A DNA stretch of 64,000 bases from Chlorokybus atmophyticus (taxonomy: Eukaryota; Plantae; Mesostigma and Chlorokybus algae), in the NCBI GenBank assembly GCA_009103225.1, contig RHPI01002836.1, forward strand, positions 62,001 through 126,000. Reading direction: 5' to 3'. The position numbers and the translations under genes were made by a program. Below the pieces are notes generated by a model. That model was not told the origin of the DNA. It saw only the letters and a program-made list of their open reading frames with translations, and searched no databases. Below, one piece after another: positions 23,850 to 36,100 of this stretch (the first letter of the stretch is position 1; every line of letters starts with the position of its first letter).

Positions 23850-26050
23850 CTTATGGCGGCGATCGACAACGGCGGCTCCTTAGGCCAACCCCAACAAGGA
23901 AGTCGGCAGTAAGTTGCAAGTAAACGGACCGGCGCGGAAGCGGCGGCGTTACGTTAAGACTTCCAAGAAGTCACATTAGCTTAGGCGAACTGCGTGCATG
24001 CACGCTGTAACAAACCACTAGGCCACAAAAGCACGAAGTGTATTTTGTGGCCATTGTGGCGTTATTATTTAGTCGTTTGTGATATTCCCCTCCACTCAGC
24101 TTTTAAATGTCCTCATCAGATGTGAGATTTTACAGGTCTTCTCGTCACTGAGCAGTGGAAGCAATTTTGCAATTATCACTGAGCAGTCGCAGCGCGCATT
24201 GCGCCGCTGAGTGACCGACTGTCAGTCGCCGTCAGGCAAGTCGCGCGGTACTACCCAGCGGCGGCTCCAGGTACACGCGACGCGTCAGAATGTCCGACTG
24301 CTGTCGGGCAAGTCGCGCATTGATGCGTGACCCATCCCATGGATTGATAACAACAACCTCAGAAATCCTTCTTGGTTTATCGCCGCTAGGCGGTTTCGAC
24401 CTTAGGACCTTTTCGGTCTTAAGCTCCAATACCAATGTAACAAACCACTAGGCCACAAAAGCACGAAGTGTGTTTTGTGGCGATTGTGGCGTTATTATTT
24501 AGTCGTCCGTGACACGCTGCCTTGTGTAGCCTCGATTGTGTAAGAGTGGACACTTTAAAACCCTTGTTAAATCCTTGTCCCCTTGCCTTGCCCTACTCTT
24601 AATGTTCTGCATTTCCCTTGCGCATTGCTGTTGAATCCGTGGCATGGCCACTGCCCTGTTGCCTGCGGACTGCACCACCTTCTACACAACACGGTACTTT
24701 GCATGCCTTGCACAGCCGCCTTGGCAATTGCAAGCATCCACTAGCGCACGGTTGTAAAGTGCTTGCTGCACGTAAACTCGCTTTACTCAGCTAAAACCTT
24801 AAACCACGCTCGAACACCCTTGCATGACTGCTGTGTGCCTGCTCACATGCATCCCAAGTATTGGGAGCTTGTTGACTTGCAACTTACTCCATAGCACTTA
24901 CGGCTTCGCTTAAAGTGTTTCTGCTTGTTTGGCCTTGCTCGTGTTCGTTGCATGTGTGTGCATGCATCTTAGGAGTCATGGACTCAGCCGTGGGACCCTA
25001 CAAGCAAGATCATGCAGAGGTTGGAGGTGAGCCAACTCTGCAACCTGTTGGCAGACTTTACTCAGGATTCCTCCTCTACCAGAAAAACTAGTGGGCGTAC
25101 CCGACCCACTCCCTACTGCAGGCATCTGTCCTCCTCTTTATCGCGACCACAGCTCCAAAAGCAAAGAAAACATGGCAACCACTAATGGCACCCGACCCAC
25201 TCGCAGCACCAGCGGAGGTAGTGGCAACGGCAGCAAGAAGCTTGTCTTTACTGGCACTGGTGGCTCCATTTCATTAAAGGAGTAGCTCAGCCGCTTCATT
25301 CTATTATCCTAACAGTGAAGATACAGGCAAAGGGGGAATGGAACGAACCAGCACAAGTTCTTCATTGCCGCTGATTATTTTTATGATATCGCATTTGCCG
25401 TGTGGCACGAGGTGTTGCCTCTGCACACGACCTGCTTAAAGATGAAATTCTTCTCTGCTCTGGCTGTTCTTTGGGTCCAACCATCTCGGCTGCCGAAAGG
25501 CTGGGTGCCCCACGGGCTTTACCCTCCGGCACCTTGCGCATTCCACGGGAACGCATATCTTCTCATACGGAAGTGATCAATACGGGCAGCAGCGTGTCCG
25601 GCACCACCTCTGCCACGACACCATTTATGGTACCAAAGATAGGAGCAATCGAGACCAACGAGGCTCTTGACAGACGATGCATGCGCCGCGCTCCGGCAGC
25701 TATCGCCGCCTATGCCCTCACCCTTGCGGCAGCACCTCTTGCTGCACCACCCCCTGCAGCTCTGCAAAGGCAAGCTGCGGAGGACATCCTCATTGCGATA
25801 TCACCACTGTCCTCATGGTCGCACCTGGTTCTTCGATTAAACCAACTATTCCAAGCTTACACCGCTGAGAAGGCACACGAGCTTATTACGCCGAGAAGGA
25901 TGGCCAGCAAAACATCTATTCAGTTACGAGCGCATCGTCAACTTAGTTGAGGACTCCACCTTAAACGGGATGCCACTAGTTAACTTCGAGGAGGAGACGG
26001 AGCTTGCCACACCTCACGCGACGTCACGAAGAGGACACCATATAGCGGAC
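23850..26050 (+). mobile_element. Second copy of the gag-only retroelement family, carrying a nested TRIM
   Basis: 23880-24005 and 24515-25000 match the reverse complement of ~11340-11860. ORF 25402-25950 shares GAPRALP and AAIAAYALTL with 10474-10872. Confidence 0.7.
24006..24514 (-). mobile_element. TRIM (terminal-repeat retrotransposon in miniature), 509 bp with 79 bp LTRs
   Basis: Direct repeats at 24006-24084 and 24436-24514 read TGTAAC...GTGA(C/T)A. A minus-strand PBS TGGTATTGGAGC (24423-24434) is tRNA-iMet-like. A PPT GAGTGGAGGGGAA lies at 24085-24097. cacgc/cgc is duplicated at the flanks, and the homologous copy at ~11750 lacks the insert. Confidence 0.85.
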
Positions 26051-26615
26051 GGTATCGGACCGTGCCCTTCATGTATCACCCGAGCTGAATTTTGCAAGCT
26101 TCCTTATTGTCATTTTGATGGATAAGATAATGAGTCATAATGTGTGTATAATGTTGACAATGTATTGTCTGTATAAACCACCCATAATATACTCCTGCGC
26201 AGCAAGCAACACCATTGTGATCGTAAACAAAAGACTTTTAATTTTGCATAATCTTGCGCAACAATGTATTATCAATATCAATGGAAGTTGAAGAATTTAT
26301 TGACGCCAAGACTGTTTGCAGCTCGCTGGTGTCATTAGACTCCATGCTACCTCGCGAATTAGGTGAACATGGTATTGCCAATTGTTGATTTTAAAGAGAA
26401 TCTCATAGTGTTTAATGGTGAGCAAAAGGATGGATCTTGTAGCTACAATGCATTACGGAGATGCGGCATATGCACTGTGCATATCTTCAGGCAAGCTTGG
26501 TTAAATGTGACATAACTTTTACCTATGCTATAATGTACTACATTTACTTTTGTCGTTGTGGATCGAGATCAAAATGCAAATCTTTCTAAAGGCAACCAAT
26601 GCTCCCATTGCATTC

Positions 26616-28149
26616 CGTCGCAAATTTTACACGGTGACTGACGAGAGACTGAGGGACTGTTGGATGCCTGACCCTATCTGACCCCAACGGACTTAACGAC
26701 TTGGGCCACGAGGGGATTAAATAAACTGCCGGTGCGTATTGTGGACAATAAGCAATTGCCGACCGCCGATTGTACAGTACAGTGGACTGTTGCCTACCGG
26801 TGATGACGTGACATCAACATATTTTGACGGCCGATCGCCGGTCATACTGCTTCCGTAACGGCGACCTACCTGTAATAGCAATTAAGTGTATATTCAGGCC
26901 CCTAATGGCGGCGGTCGACACCGGTGAGTCGGAGTTGACCCGCGGCCGGCCGTCGGCCGTACATAAGCCGCGGCGGCGACTAACCTACATTGGCAAGCAA
27001 GTGACCACTTAATCTCAAGTCTCCTAAGAGGGACGAGCGATGGCGGCGAGTACCTGTCAGTCCGGTTAGTTATACGGCACACTTAATGGAACAATAGTAT
27101 CATTGCGATGGTACAACAGTCCCATCAAAGTACCCTATACGGTACTCATCATTCAATGGTACAACGGTGCTGTCGTACCATTTTAGTGGTACGACTGTAC
27201 CATTGAACTTGAAGACGTTGAGCGTTTGAAATGCAGCAGCGTTTCAAACGCTGAACGGCTTCATTTACAAGAACAGTTGTGCGGTGGCAGCGGCGGCGAC
27301 GGCGGCGTTGGCGTTGGCGGTAGTGGCGGCGGCGTTGGCGGCATGGTTGGTGAGTTTGTGTATATGTGTGTACACAGAGTAGTTGAGTTGCATGTGCATG
27401 ATGGCGTTATGTTAAGTGCAACAGCGCAACCCGCCCTTCTTACAGGCCAGGCGGCGGCGGCGGCGGCGGCATGGTAGGTGAGTTTCTTTGTATGTGTGTG
27501 TATGATGCCGTTGTGATGACGCCCTTCTTGCCGACCAGGCCAAGCGGAGGAGTGGAGAGTGGAGGAGCAGCGGCTGAGTATAAGGGTAGAGTATATAGGG
27601 TTGTAGTAGTAGTAGTAGTAGTAGTAGCTCAATGTAGTTTACATTGTAGCGTAGCAACATATTACAATGTTCATTGTTATTATATTGTATTATATATTTG
27701 TGAATCAGTCAAATTATTATATTATATTATATATTTGTGACTCGCCGTCTCTCACAGTTGACGACAATCACATGCAGTACCTGATCGTGACTGAACGGTA
27801 CCGATAGGTATTGGGGACAGTGACGTCAGGTACCTTGAAGGTACCATAAGGTATCCCAAAGGTACCTGATAGTTGGGTACCTTCGAGGTACAGTCGCCGG
27901 TACCTAACTGTTGGGTACCGGTTAGTTAGGTCAAGTCCCATTTGCTTGACTGATGGGTATTTAATAGGTACCTGTCAGTCTAGGTTAATCCCTTTATTAC
28001 AACGGCCGCCGACTGATGGTGACGGCCATTATAATCAGGTCTCTGTATCGAGATTACAGGTGGACTGAGGTACGACAGTCGAAATAAGTCCTCAGGTGCA
28101 CGGCCGTTGCCAATATTTCATCGGCCGGCAGGGGAAACAATTTGCGACG
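26616..28149 (-). mobile_element. ~1.5 kb non-coding motif-array element, copy 2 (inverted)
   Basis: For example, ggtgcacggccgttgccaatattt..tcggccggcaggggaaaca.tttgcgacg (28097-28149) is the reverse complement of 22204-22260, and cgtcgcaaattttacacggtgactgac is the reverse complement of 23695-23721. Confidence 0.6.
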
Positions 28150-29997
28150 TTGTATTGGCGCTTACGCAAGGCATTTTGGGCACTGATTGCCTTATCGTTT
28201 GGTAATTTTATTACTGCTGATAAACACTTGTGTGCTGTCACGCAACTTTCGACAGATATATGGACAGCGCACATGACGAGGTTATGCTGCAAACATTTCT
28301 CTTTTAAGTCTCTAAGTAATCTATTTATTTACTAAGTATACATTACATTTTTGATCGCACATGTATTGCAGGATTTCATATCATCAACGCATATAGGGCG
28401 GAGTTAAGTGAACGATCCTGATGGCACTGGCTTGGCGCGTGAACTTTATAGTATTAATGATGATAGTTTAGGTTGATATAAAGCTATAAAATACTTGTAT
28501 AAAAACTATGTATTGCAAGAAAACTAGCATGATTTGCAGTATCAACTTTTTACTACAAGTTGATTTCGCAAATGACGTCTATTAAATTTGTAAATGTCGA
28601 TAATGACAAAAAATGCAATCAAATGTTTTTTATAACACTACGTCGGGTAGGTTTTTGCGTGTTTCTTGAAGGTGATAACGACTGTACATGAGGGGTGGGT
28701 AACCAGGGTGGCGGCGAAGTGGTGGTGGTAGTGGTGTGTGTGCGTGTATGTTTGGGGTGTGGGGGNNNNNNNNNNNNNNNNNNNNNNNNNNNNNNNNNNN
28801 NNNNNNNNNNNNNNNNNNNNNNNNNNNNNNNNNNNNNNNNNNNNNNNNNNNNNNNNNNNNNGGGGGGGGGGGGGTGGAGGTATGTATGAATCAACATCTG
28901 TTGAGCCCCGCTGCCTCCAGCGGGGCTCAATAAATGTTTATTCCTCACTCTCGGGTGTTTAAGTGATATTCGGCAAACTCATATTGTGTCCGGGATCATG
29001 CTTGGCCTCTTTAGATGGCCAGCCTTCAGTCGACCCCGCCACAGCTTGCTGTGTGCCGACCGTAATACTTGTCCTCATGTTTGAAGAAGTCCTCTCAGGT
29101 CCAAACACCGTTTCCTTCACGTATTGTGATGCTTTGACATGAGGGGGCGAAGCAATTGTCGTCGGTGCAGAGTCATGCATGCTGCAACCTGCCAAGACCA
29201 CGCCCCTCACCTCTCCCGTTGCTGCGTCCGTGCCTTCTGCAGGTGATTACTTTGCCTCGTCGTGTGCTGCTACTACTGCTTGAGGGTGTGGTGTACCTGC
29301 TGTCCTAGGGTGTCTTGCATGCTATGTAGCGCTAGAACTCTGCCTTGGCCTCCGTCTAATTATCTGCTGTGTTGTGCTACTAGCTTGGGTTTGCTAGAGT
29401 GCTTGCATCTGGCACAAACATTTTTTGAGCGTGCCTAGCGCAGCTCTTATGTGATCTATGTGTGTTACACGCATGTCACAATCGCAGACACTCATATTGC
29501 CAGCCATCAGACATCATAACTCCATCACAACTTCGCATACACCATGATCACATTCGCATGCGTACATCAAGTCGTTGCAAGTGTGCTTGTGTTAAAATCG
29601 TGCACACAACAGTGACACTACGTTGGTCAATCAAGCACTAACGCTTCTCCTCAATTCAACCGTATTGCCATGCACGAGTCAAAGGCATTGAGCTTTGTCA
29701 TTGTGTATTTAAAATGTGCAGTGCAAATGCATAAAACATGCAATGCACAAGCCATGAGCGTAGCAGCACACGGCAACCATCACCAGGAGCGATGTAAGTC
29801 AACCACCGAGCTACATTATAACTACCTTACTAATCCACTCCAATTTACCAGCCCGCAAGTGCAAGTCATTACATGCACTTCCAAATAACCTGCGTACACA
29901 GGGTGCTGTGTAAATACAGCACCCTGGTGTGAAGCACTGGTTGCTATGCAGGACGCGGTTGTGACCAGTTGTAACCAGGTCACATTGTTCCCCCCCC

Positions 29998-30409
29998 TCA
30001 AGTGTACGACCGGCGATCGGCCGTCACTTAATAAATGCGGTAAGGTCACTTGATAGGGACTAACGGTGACTGGCTTGCCAAAGTAGGCAGGCCGTCGCGC
30101 ATACCTTTTTACGGTTAGGGTACGACCGTCGGTCGGCCGTCACTGTATGTGACCAAAACGTGACTTATCTGCTATGCAGATAGGCCGCCATCGCGCAAAT
30201 GAGACGACCGACAATCGGCCGTCATCTTAAAGTGCGGTGTTGCCGTCACAGGCAGGCCGCCGTCGATTGTATCAATCGGTCGACCACTTGCCGTCGGTAT
30301 ATGTTGCTTGATTGTAACGGCCGACCTAAAAAGTCCCTTTATGGACCAATCCGTTACGTCAGGTAGGGTCAGGCACCCGTCAGTCCCTTGTCAGTCACCG
30401 TGTAAAATT
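29998..30409 (+). repeat. Apparently identical 412 bp duplicate of 23303-23714, ending at an N
   Basis: A base-for-base match by eye from tcaagtgtacgacc to caccgtgtaaaatt. Confidence 0.85.
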
Positions 30410-30838
30410 NCTACCATACTCAAGTCCTGCTGGCAGGACTTGAGTATGGTAGACAACAAGGCAGTGTGAATTTACTGAACCAGGGCCCATGCTCTTGAGT
30501 AACGGACTTCATAGTAACTGGCACACTGCGGTGAATGATTTGATATCAACGTGAGGCCCTCTCTCACTCAACATTGCTGTGAATCCTTCTCCAACCACCA
30601 CACACAAATGACATAAAGTCCCTTCTGCGCCCGACTGGTCTGCCGCTCTGAGCAGCCCTTGCCTTCACATCAGTCTGTTGCGCGCTTGACAACTTGCAGG
30701 ATTTCTTGGCTATGTACGTACAAAGCAGTCAATCACTAAGTTTCTTCTTGAAACGAAGCATTAAGGCTGGGTGCAAAGCAAGCGCAATTTAGTTGCACAT
30801 CCATCCGCAGTTGACTTACTGTGCGCGCATCTCATCTG

Positions 30839-32705
30839 CTACTTGTCGTTGCCTCGCTGACAAGTCTGCATTTGCGGATCGGAAGAGCTCATTCTCCAAG
30901 CTAAGCGCCTACAGGCAGATTGTTCAACGGTTAACATGATGCAACAACATTGCGCATATGTTTGACCGAGTACACGCATGCATATAACAGCTCTCTGGCG
31001 AACTGCACAGAAGTTCAACATGTTGAACACAAGAGAAGGCTTAATACCTGCAAGTGAGTAGCCTGCGCTTGTAAGCGCTTGATTTCAACCCGTTGCCAGT
31101 TGACTGTTGCAGAGGCTTCTGCAAGTACCAATCCATAAGCAAAGATTGCTTGACAAGGGGAACACATGTGCTTACACTCTTGTACAGCAGCTACACCTAC
31201 TGACATACAGGTAAGAAATGAGCACACGCGGATGCAGACGCATTGTCATAGAGCACAGGATACCAAACGCACTTTCTAATCTGCTTTGCGCCTGCGCCAG
31301 CTCGCGCATCGTGGTGTCAAGCTTGGCCGCAAGCTGTTGCGCCTCATTATTGACCTGCAACGAGACACTTAGCCGCTGTTACCACACCCCTTAGTATTGA
31401 AAGTTGGACTCAACAGCTCAATGTACCTGACTGAGTTGCAGTCTGTAGCGTTTGCAAGCCCTTGATGCGGCTGCTTCTTTCTCCTGCAATCGTGTCAGTT
31501 CCCCCTGGCTGACGGCATGCTGAGACGACAGCTCGCGGACCTTACAAAGGAGCGAACTGTTGGCTTCTTGTAGCCGAGCATTCCTATCAGAAACCAACTT
31601 GACTGCATGTTACAGTCGAGTTACTGTAGCAACAACATTGTATTTACCTGTGCTTGCTTTCTTGTGCTTGCAGCTGCAACTGGCCCAGTCGGTCAATACT
31701 GTCTTGTGATGATGCGGCAGTGTGGCGTCCTGATCGATGCCTCAATCGAGCAACATCATCTGCCAAGCACCTGCACTGAGGTCCTGGCTTGCTCTCTGGT
31801 TGCTGTGCCAACCTTTGTTGCAAGTCCTGCATTGTGAAATGCAGCTTGCATTGCGAGCCATCCAACAAGATGTGGTGCGGTTGTGAACACAAAGCTACCT
31901 CGATTGAAGTGAGCTGCTTGTGCACCAAAGACGTTTGAGTCAGCAACTGTGCCTGCAGACTCCGCACCAGCGTTGCGAGCTTCTCAACAGTGTGCTCCTG
32001 CACATGAACAAGTAGAGTCTAAACATGCCCGGGCAACAAGTGGTCACTCACACCAATCACACAGGAAGTCTTACAAGCACAATAGAAAAGCAGAATGCTC
32101 TCACAGCAATATCTCTGCACAAAGACAGTCCATCAGGAAAACGCTTGTGCAATAGGTTTTGCCGTCGCCGTAGTTACTGTTTTACATAACTGCAAATCTC
32201 AAGCCAACATGAAATCGTACGAAAAATTGCATGGCAGGCATGCTACCTTAGCAGCCTGGTCAGGCTTGTGATCGGAAGCTCGGTCCGTGGTTGGCGCAGC
32301 AAAGCGCAGCGGGCTTGTGCTGTTTTCTCTCAACTGAACAGCAGCAGAAGCAGCAGCTGTTGAAAGCACATGGCTGGCATGTGGGCTCCCGCATGCTTGC
32401 TTTACGCTGGAGCGGGCGTCAAGCACGCCAGGCAGAATGCTATAACCAGACGAAGGACTGATGAAGTTGTTGGCATTGCTGCTGGTTGACGCTTCAGCTG
32501 CCTCTGGCCTGGTCTGAGAAAGCGGACTGCCAAACAGCTCCCTGTGCAATTCAGGGTCCTCAAGGGCAAGCGCCGCAAGGATGGGGTCCGTGCGCAGCTC
32601 CCGCTCCACGGACGGCGATCCTAGCACGCCTCCCTCCCAAACGACGACGTCGAAGTCGTCCACGCCGTCACCGCCGCCCTTCAGCAGCTCCTCGTCCTGA
32701 TCCAT
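30839..32705 (-). CDS. Multi-exon hypothetical coiled-coil protein
   Basis: A long first exon (MDQDEELLKGGG...DQAAK|gtagc) and downstream heptad-like segments (VEKLATLVRSLQAQLLTQ; NNEAQQLAAKLDTTMRELAQAQSRLE; VEIKRLQAQATHLQ). The exon chain and 3' end are not fully resolved. Confidence 0.45.
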
Positions 32706-33123
32706 GAGCTCAGTTCATGCTTGTGCGCCTGGTTGTTGGCTTTGGGGTCGTTGCAGGCGGCAGCGGCGGTGTCGCGGGGCGGTGGGCATGTAGCCGTTGA
32801 TGCTTTGGCTGTAAGCTGCAATGAAAGCAGGAAAACAACCAACCGCCGGTAAGCAAGGGTGCATCCTTACAGGCTGCTGCCTGCTTGCCTGCTTGCTTGC
32901 TGTTTTGGGTTTTTGCGTCGTGTTTGCGCTACAAGGAGCATGTCATTAATGTTGCAAGCCACTGACGTGCCGGTGTGGTTCTAACTTTTTTATTCCTTTT
33001 AGATTGCTTGAAGCTAATTGGTGTGTGAGAGTTTGAAGGCTACTGTCATCAAGGCGTGCGATCTGCATGGTGTAGTGTATGTGCAGTTCACAGCTGGCAA
33101 TCGCTGGACGTTGACAGGCATGC

Positions 33124-36100
33124 ATGCAGTCGCCACCGACTGGCCATGCGAGCTCCGTTGTAAGTAGCAGTCAAGTCAGCATGCAGCTGGGCGACGATGG
33201 CGGTGTCCAGGGAGAGCCGCTCGCAGAAACTTCAGGCCAGCACGCCTGTACTACTACCCGCCAGGTGCAATACATGCATACGCTCATGCATCCACGCACA
33301 TGGACAAGAACACACACGCACGCATACGCGCGCATGCACACATGGACGTGCGTCCAAGCGTGCGCGTGCTCCCCTCCCTCCGAACCACACCCACACACCC
33401 ACACAACACATACACTCTATCTCTTACACATGCAAGCACCAATGCACGCTCTTTGTCACTCTTACTCAAGCAATCTCAATTTGCCATGCACACTGCATGC
33501 GCGGTTGACAGCTGTGCACAGCTGGAACAGCAATACACAGGTGGCACATAATCTTGTTGTTGGTGTATAGCAGAAGTGCTTTGTGCTACCTGCAACAATC
33601 TCATGTCAACGTTGAACACGTCAACTCATGGAGTTGGTATTGATTGCAGAACGATGATGCTCGCATACTCAGTCTATCGCTAAGTTTGACCATTGCTTCC
33701 TGCAATGAACATCAGGTTGTCCCCAGAGTAAACACACCAAACCAAATTGCCTGTTCTAAGCAGTGCCTGTATTCTGTTTCTGAGAGACCTGTTGTGCAGG
33801 TCACTTCTGATGAGGATGCCAATCGCCTGGAGCCCGCAGAGCAGCAAGCAGAGGACGTGAATACCAGTGTCATACACACTGAGCAGACATTGACAGAACC
33901 AACAGCACTACCCGTCACTCAAAACACAAGCGCCGAGGTATGCACTGGTTGCAGAGTAGCGTACATGCGCATGTTGTTAACACCACTTGTTGAGGTTCTT
34001 CTCGCTCACTTCCATCAATGCGGCTGTCAGCATGCACGCAACCCTCTACAAGGACCTTCTGTGAGGGTCGTTTACTCCGGTCTCAGCAGGTTAGAGCTTG
34101 TACATGGAGGTGATAAGAACGCATGCATTGTATGACGCTTTATATGCAGCACAGATTGCTAGTTGTGAGCCGCTGTAACAGTCTTTATGTTGGTTGTTGC
34201 TGGCAGCATTAGTAAAGGCATACTGGAAAATCTCATAAAAGGTTGGACGCAGTGGCACGCACACAACGCAGATCAGGTTTGTACTTTCATGATGTCGGTC
34301 ACACTGAATCAAGTGTCCTTACACCCTCTTGATGTAATACTGACTGCTGGCGTCTTGGCCAGGCAGATGGTGCTGAGTCTGGTGAATGGACGTATGCGGC
34401 GGTGCTTGCGCCCGGCACAGATCAGCCGTTGTTTTGGTTAGATAAGCCCGTGTCAACAACGTGCGGGGGTGAAGAGCCTTCTAGTGTCCCGTTGTATGAC
34501 AGGTGTACAGACCAAGTGCTAGCTGGCATTGTTGCAAGGTAAGTATTGTGCTGCTTTGACGGCTGAGGGCTGCTCGTGCTAAACGCATGCGCGCGCGTTT
34601 GTGTAGCACGAAGCGAAAGCGAGAAAGTTTTCAGCGCTGTTTCAACTGCGGCTCCTATGACCATGAACTTTCGTCTTGTTCTCGACCCTTCGATCGGGTG
34701 CGTCCAGCTCTCCTCCCGTGCTACTCGCTTTAGGCAATCTCAGTTGCTCATCATGCACACGCACACGCACACGCTACAAGTTGACAGATGCACTCTTGAC
34801 GAGTGCATGGTGCTTGCAGGCTGTTGTGGAGGCAAACCGGCAAGCGCTGGCAAGCACCAAGAGCCACTCAACACCCATCAATCGCAAACTCCGTTATCAC
34901 AGCGAAGGCGCTGGTGAGGTAATCCTGCCACATGCTCGCGTGTGTTGCTGTCGATGTGGCATCCTCTTGATGTGAGAGGATGCATGACATCTTGTGTCAT
35001 GCGCCCAGGTCATTACTGCAGCTGCGTCCAAGTTTGAAGGCCTGCAAGCTGGTGTCCTGAGTCCAGCCTTGCGTGAGGCCCTGGGCTTGCAGGTGACCGT
35101 ACTGTTTGTTGTACACAGTTTATGCAACATATTGCAGTGTTAATTATTCAAGGCTACTTGTATCAACAACCATAGTCAGTAGTGAGGTATAACACTCATA
35201 TTCACCATGCTGGTTGGTACCAGTGTGTATACAATGTGAATTAGTCTTGTACAGTATACAACTATATGTCTGGTATTGTTACATGTTACTGTACACATAG
35301 TACTGAATACACATATTGGTGCGTACAACATCACATACACTGACCCGCACACATCGAAACAGGAATTGGAACCGCCACCATGGCTGGCCCGAATGCGCAT
35401 GCTGGGTCTGCCACCTGGCTATGATGACACTGGTGAGCGGGGAGTGTTGGTGCTGATGTTGTGTGTGTCTAATACCTACGCAAGTATGTATGGAAGTGGA
35501 CATATCAGGGCATACACTCATACAGAAGACCATAATCCAAGTCTGTGACGCTTGCAATTGACAGAAACATGCATGCAAAACAATCTACTCACTTTATTTT
35601 GTCGCAGGTGAAGCTCTTAAGGATGGTAGTGATGCACAGGCATGCGCAGTCGATGAGCAAGTTGATGCACCCAGTGAAGGCGATGACTTCATAAGTCTTG
35701 AGGTTCCGTTGCTCAAGCCGTTGAAACTTGCGTCGCAGACTGTCCAGTTGCCAGGTATGTGATCGACCAGCCTTGGATGGACAGCGTAGCTTGTTGTGCG
35801 TCAAGGCATGCATGCCATGATGCAACCCAACTCTACCGTGAGCGTCATGAGTCCAGTCCTGAACTTGCACCTTTACATGTGCAGCGCAAGTGGGTGCGCT
35901 GCGAGATATGCGTGTGTCTGTGGTTTCAGCTTGTATTGATAACATGTCCACTATTATCAGGAATCAACGCGCCCATACCGTATGGTGCCGACCTGCACAA
36001 ATGGGCACAAGCAGGAGCCCTAACCTTGACACAAGAAGCAGGTCCTGAAGCGAAGTTCCCAACTGCATTCACCACACCACAACCGGCTCCTGAGCCTGAA

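Noticed and set aside
24006-24514. CRISPR-like or tandem-repeat interpretation of the direct repeats
   Set aside because: There are only two copies, with PBS and PPT; this is an LTR structure in a eukaryote. No CRISPR arrays occur in the window.
29000-29600. Further gypsy-family fragment similar to ~6050-6320
   Set aside because: Only short word matches (tgtgtt..gctagcttggg, cagccatcag) were seen; an alignment is needed before calling it.
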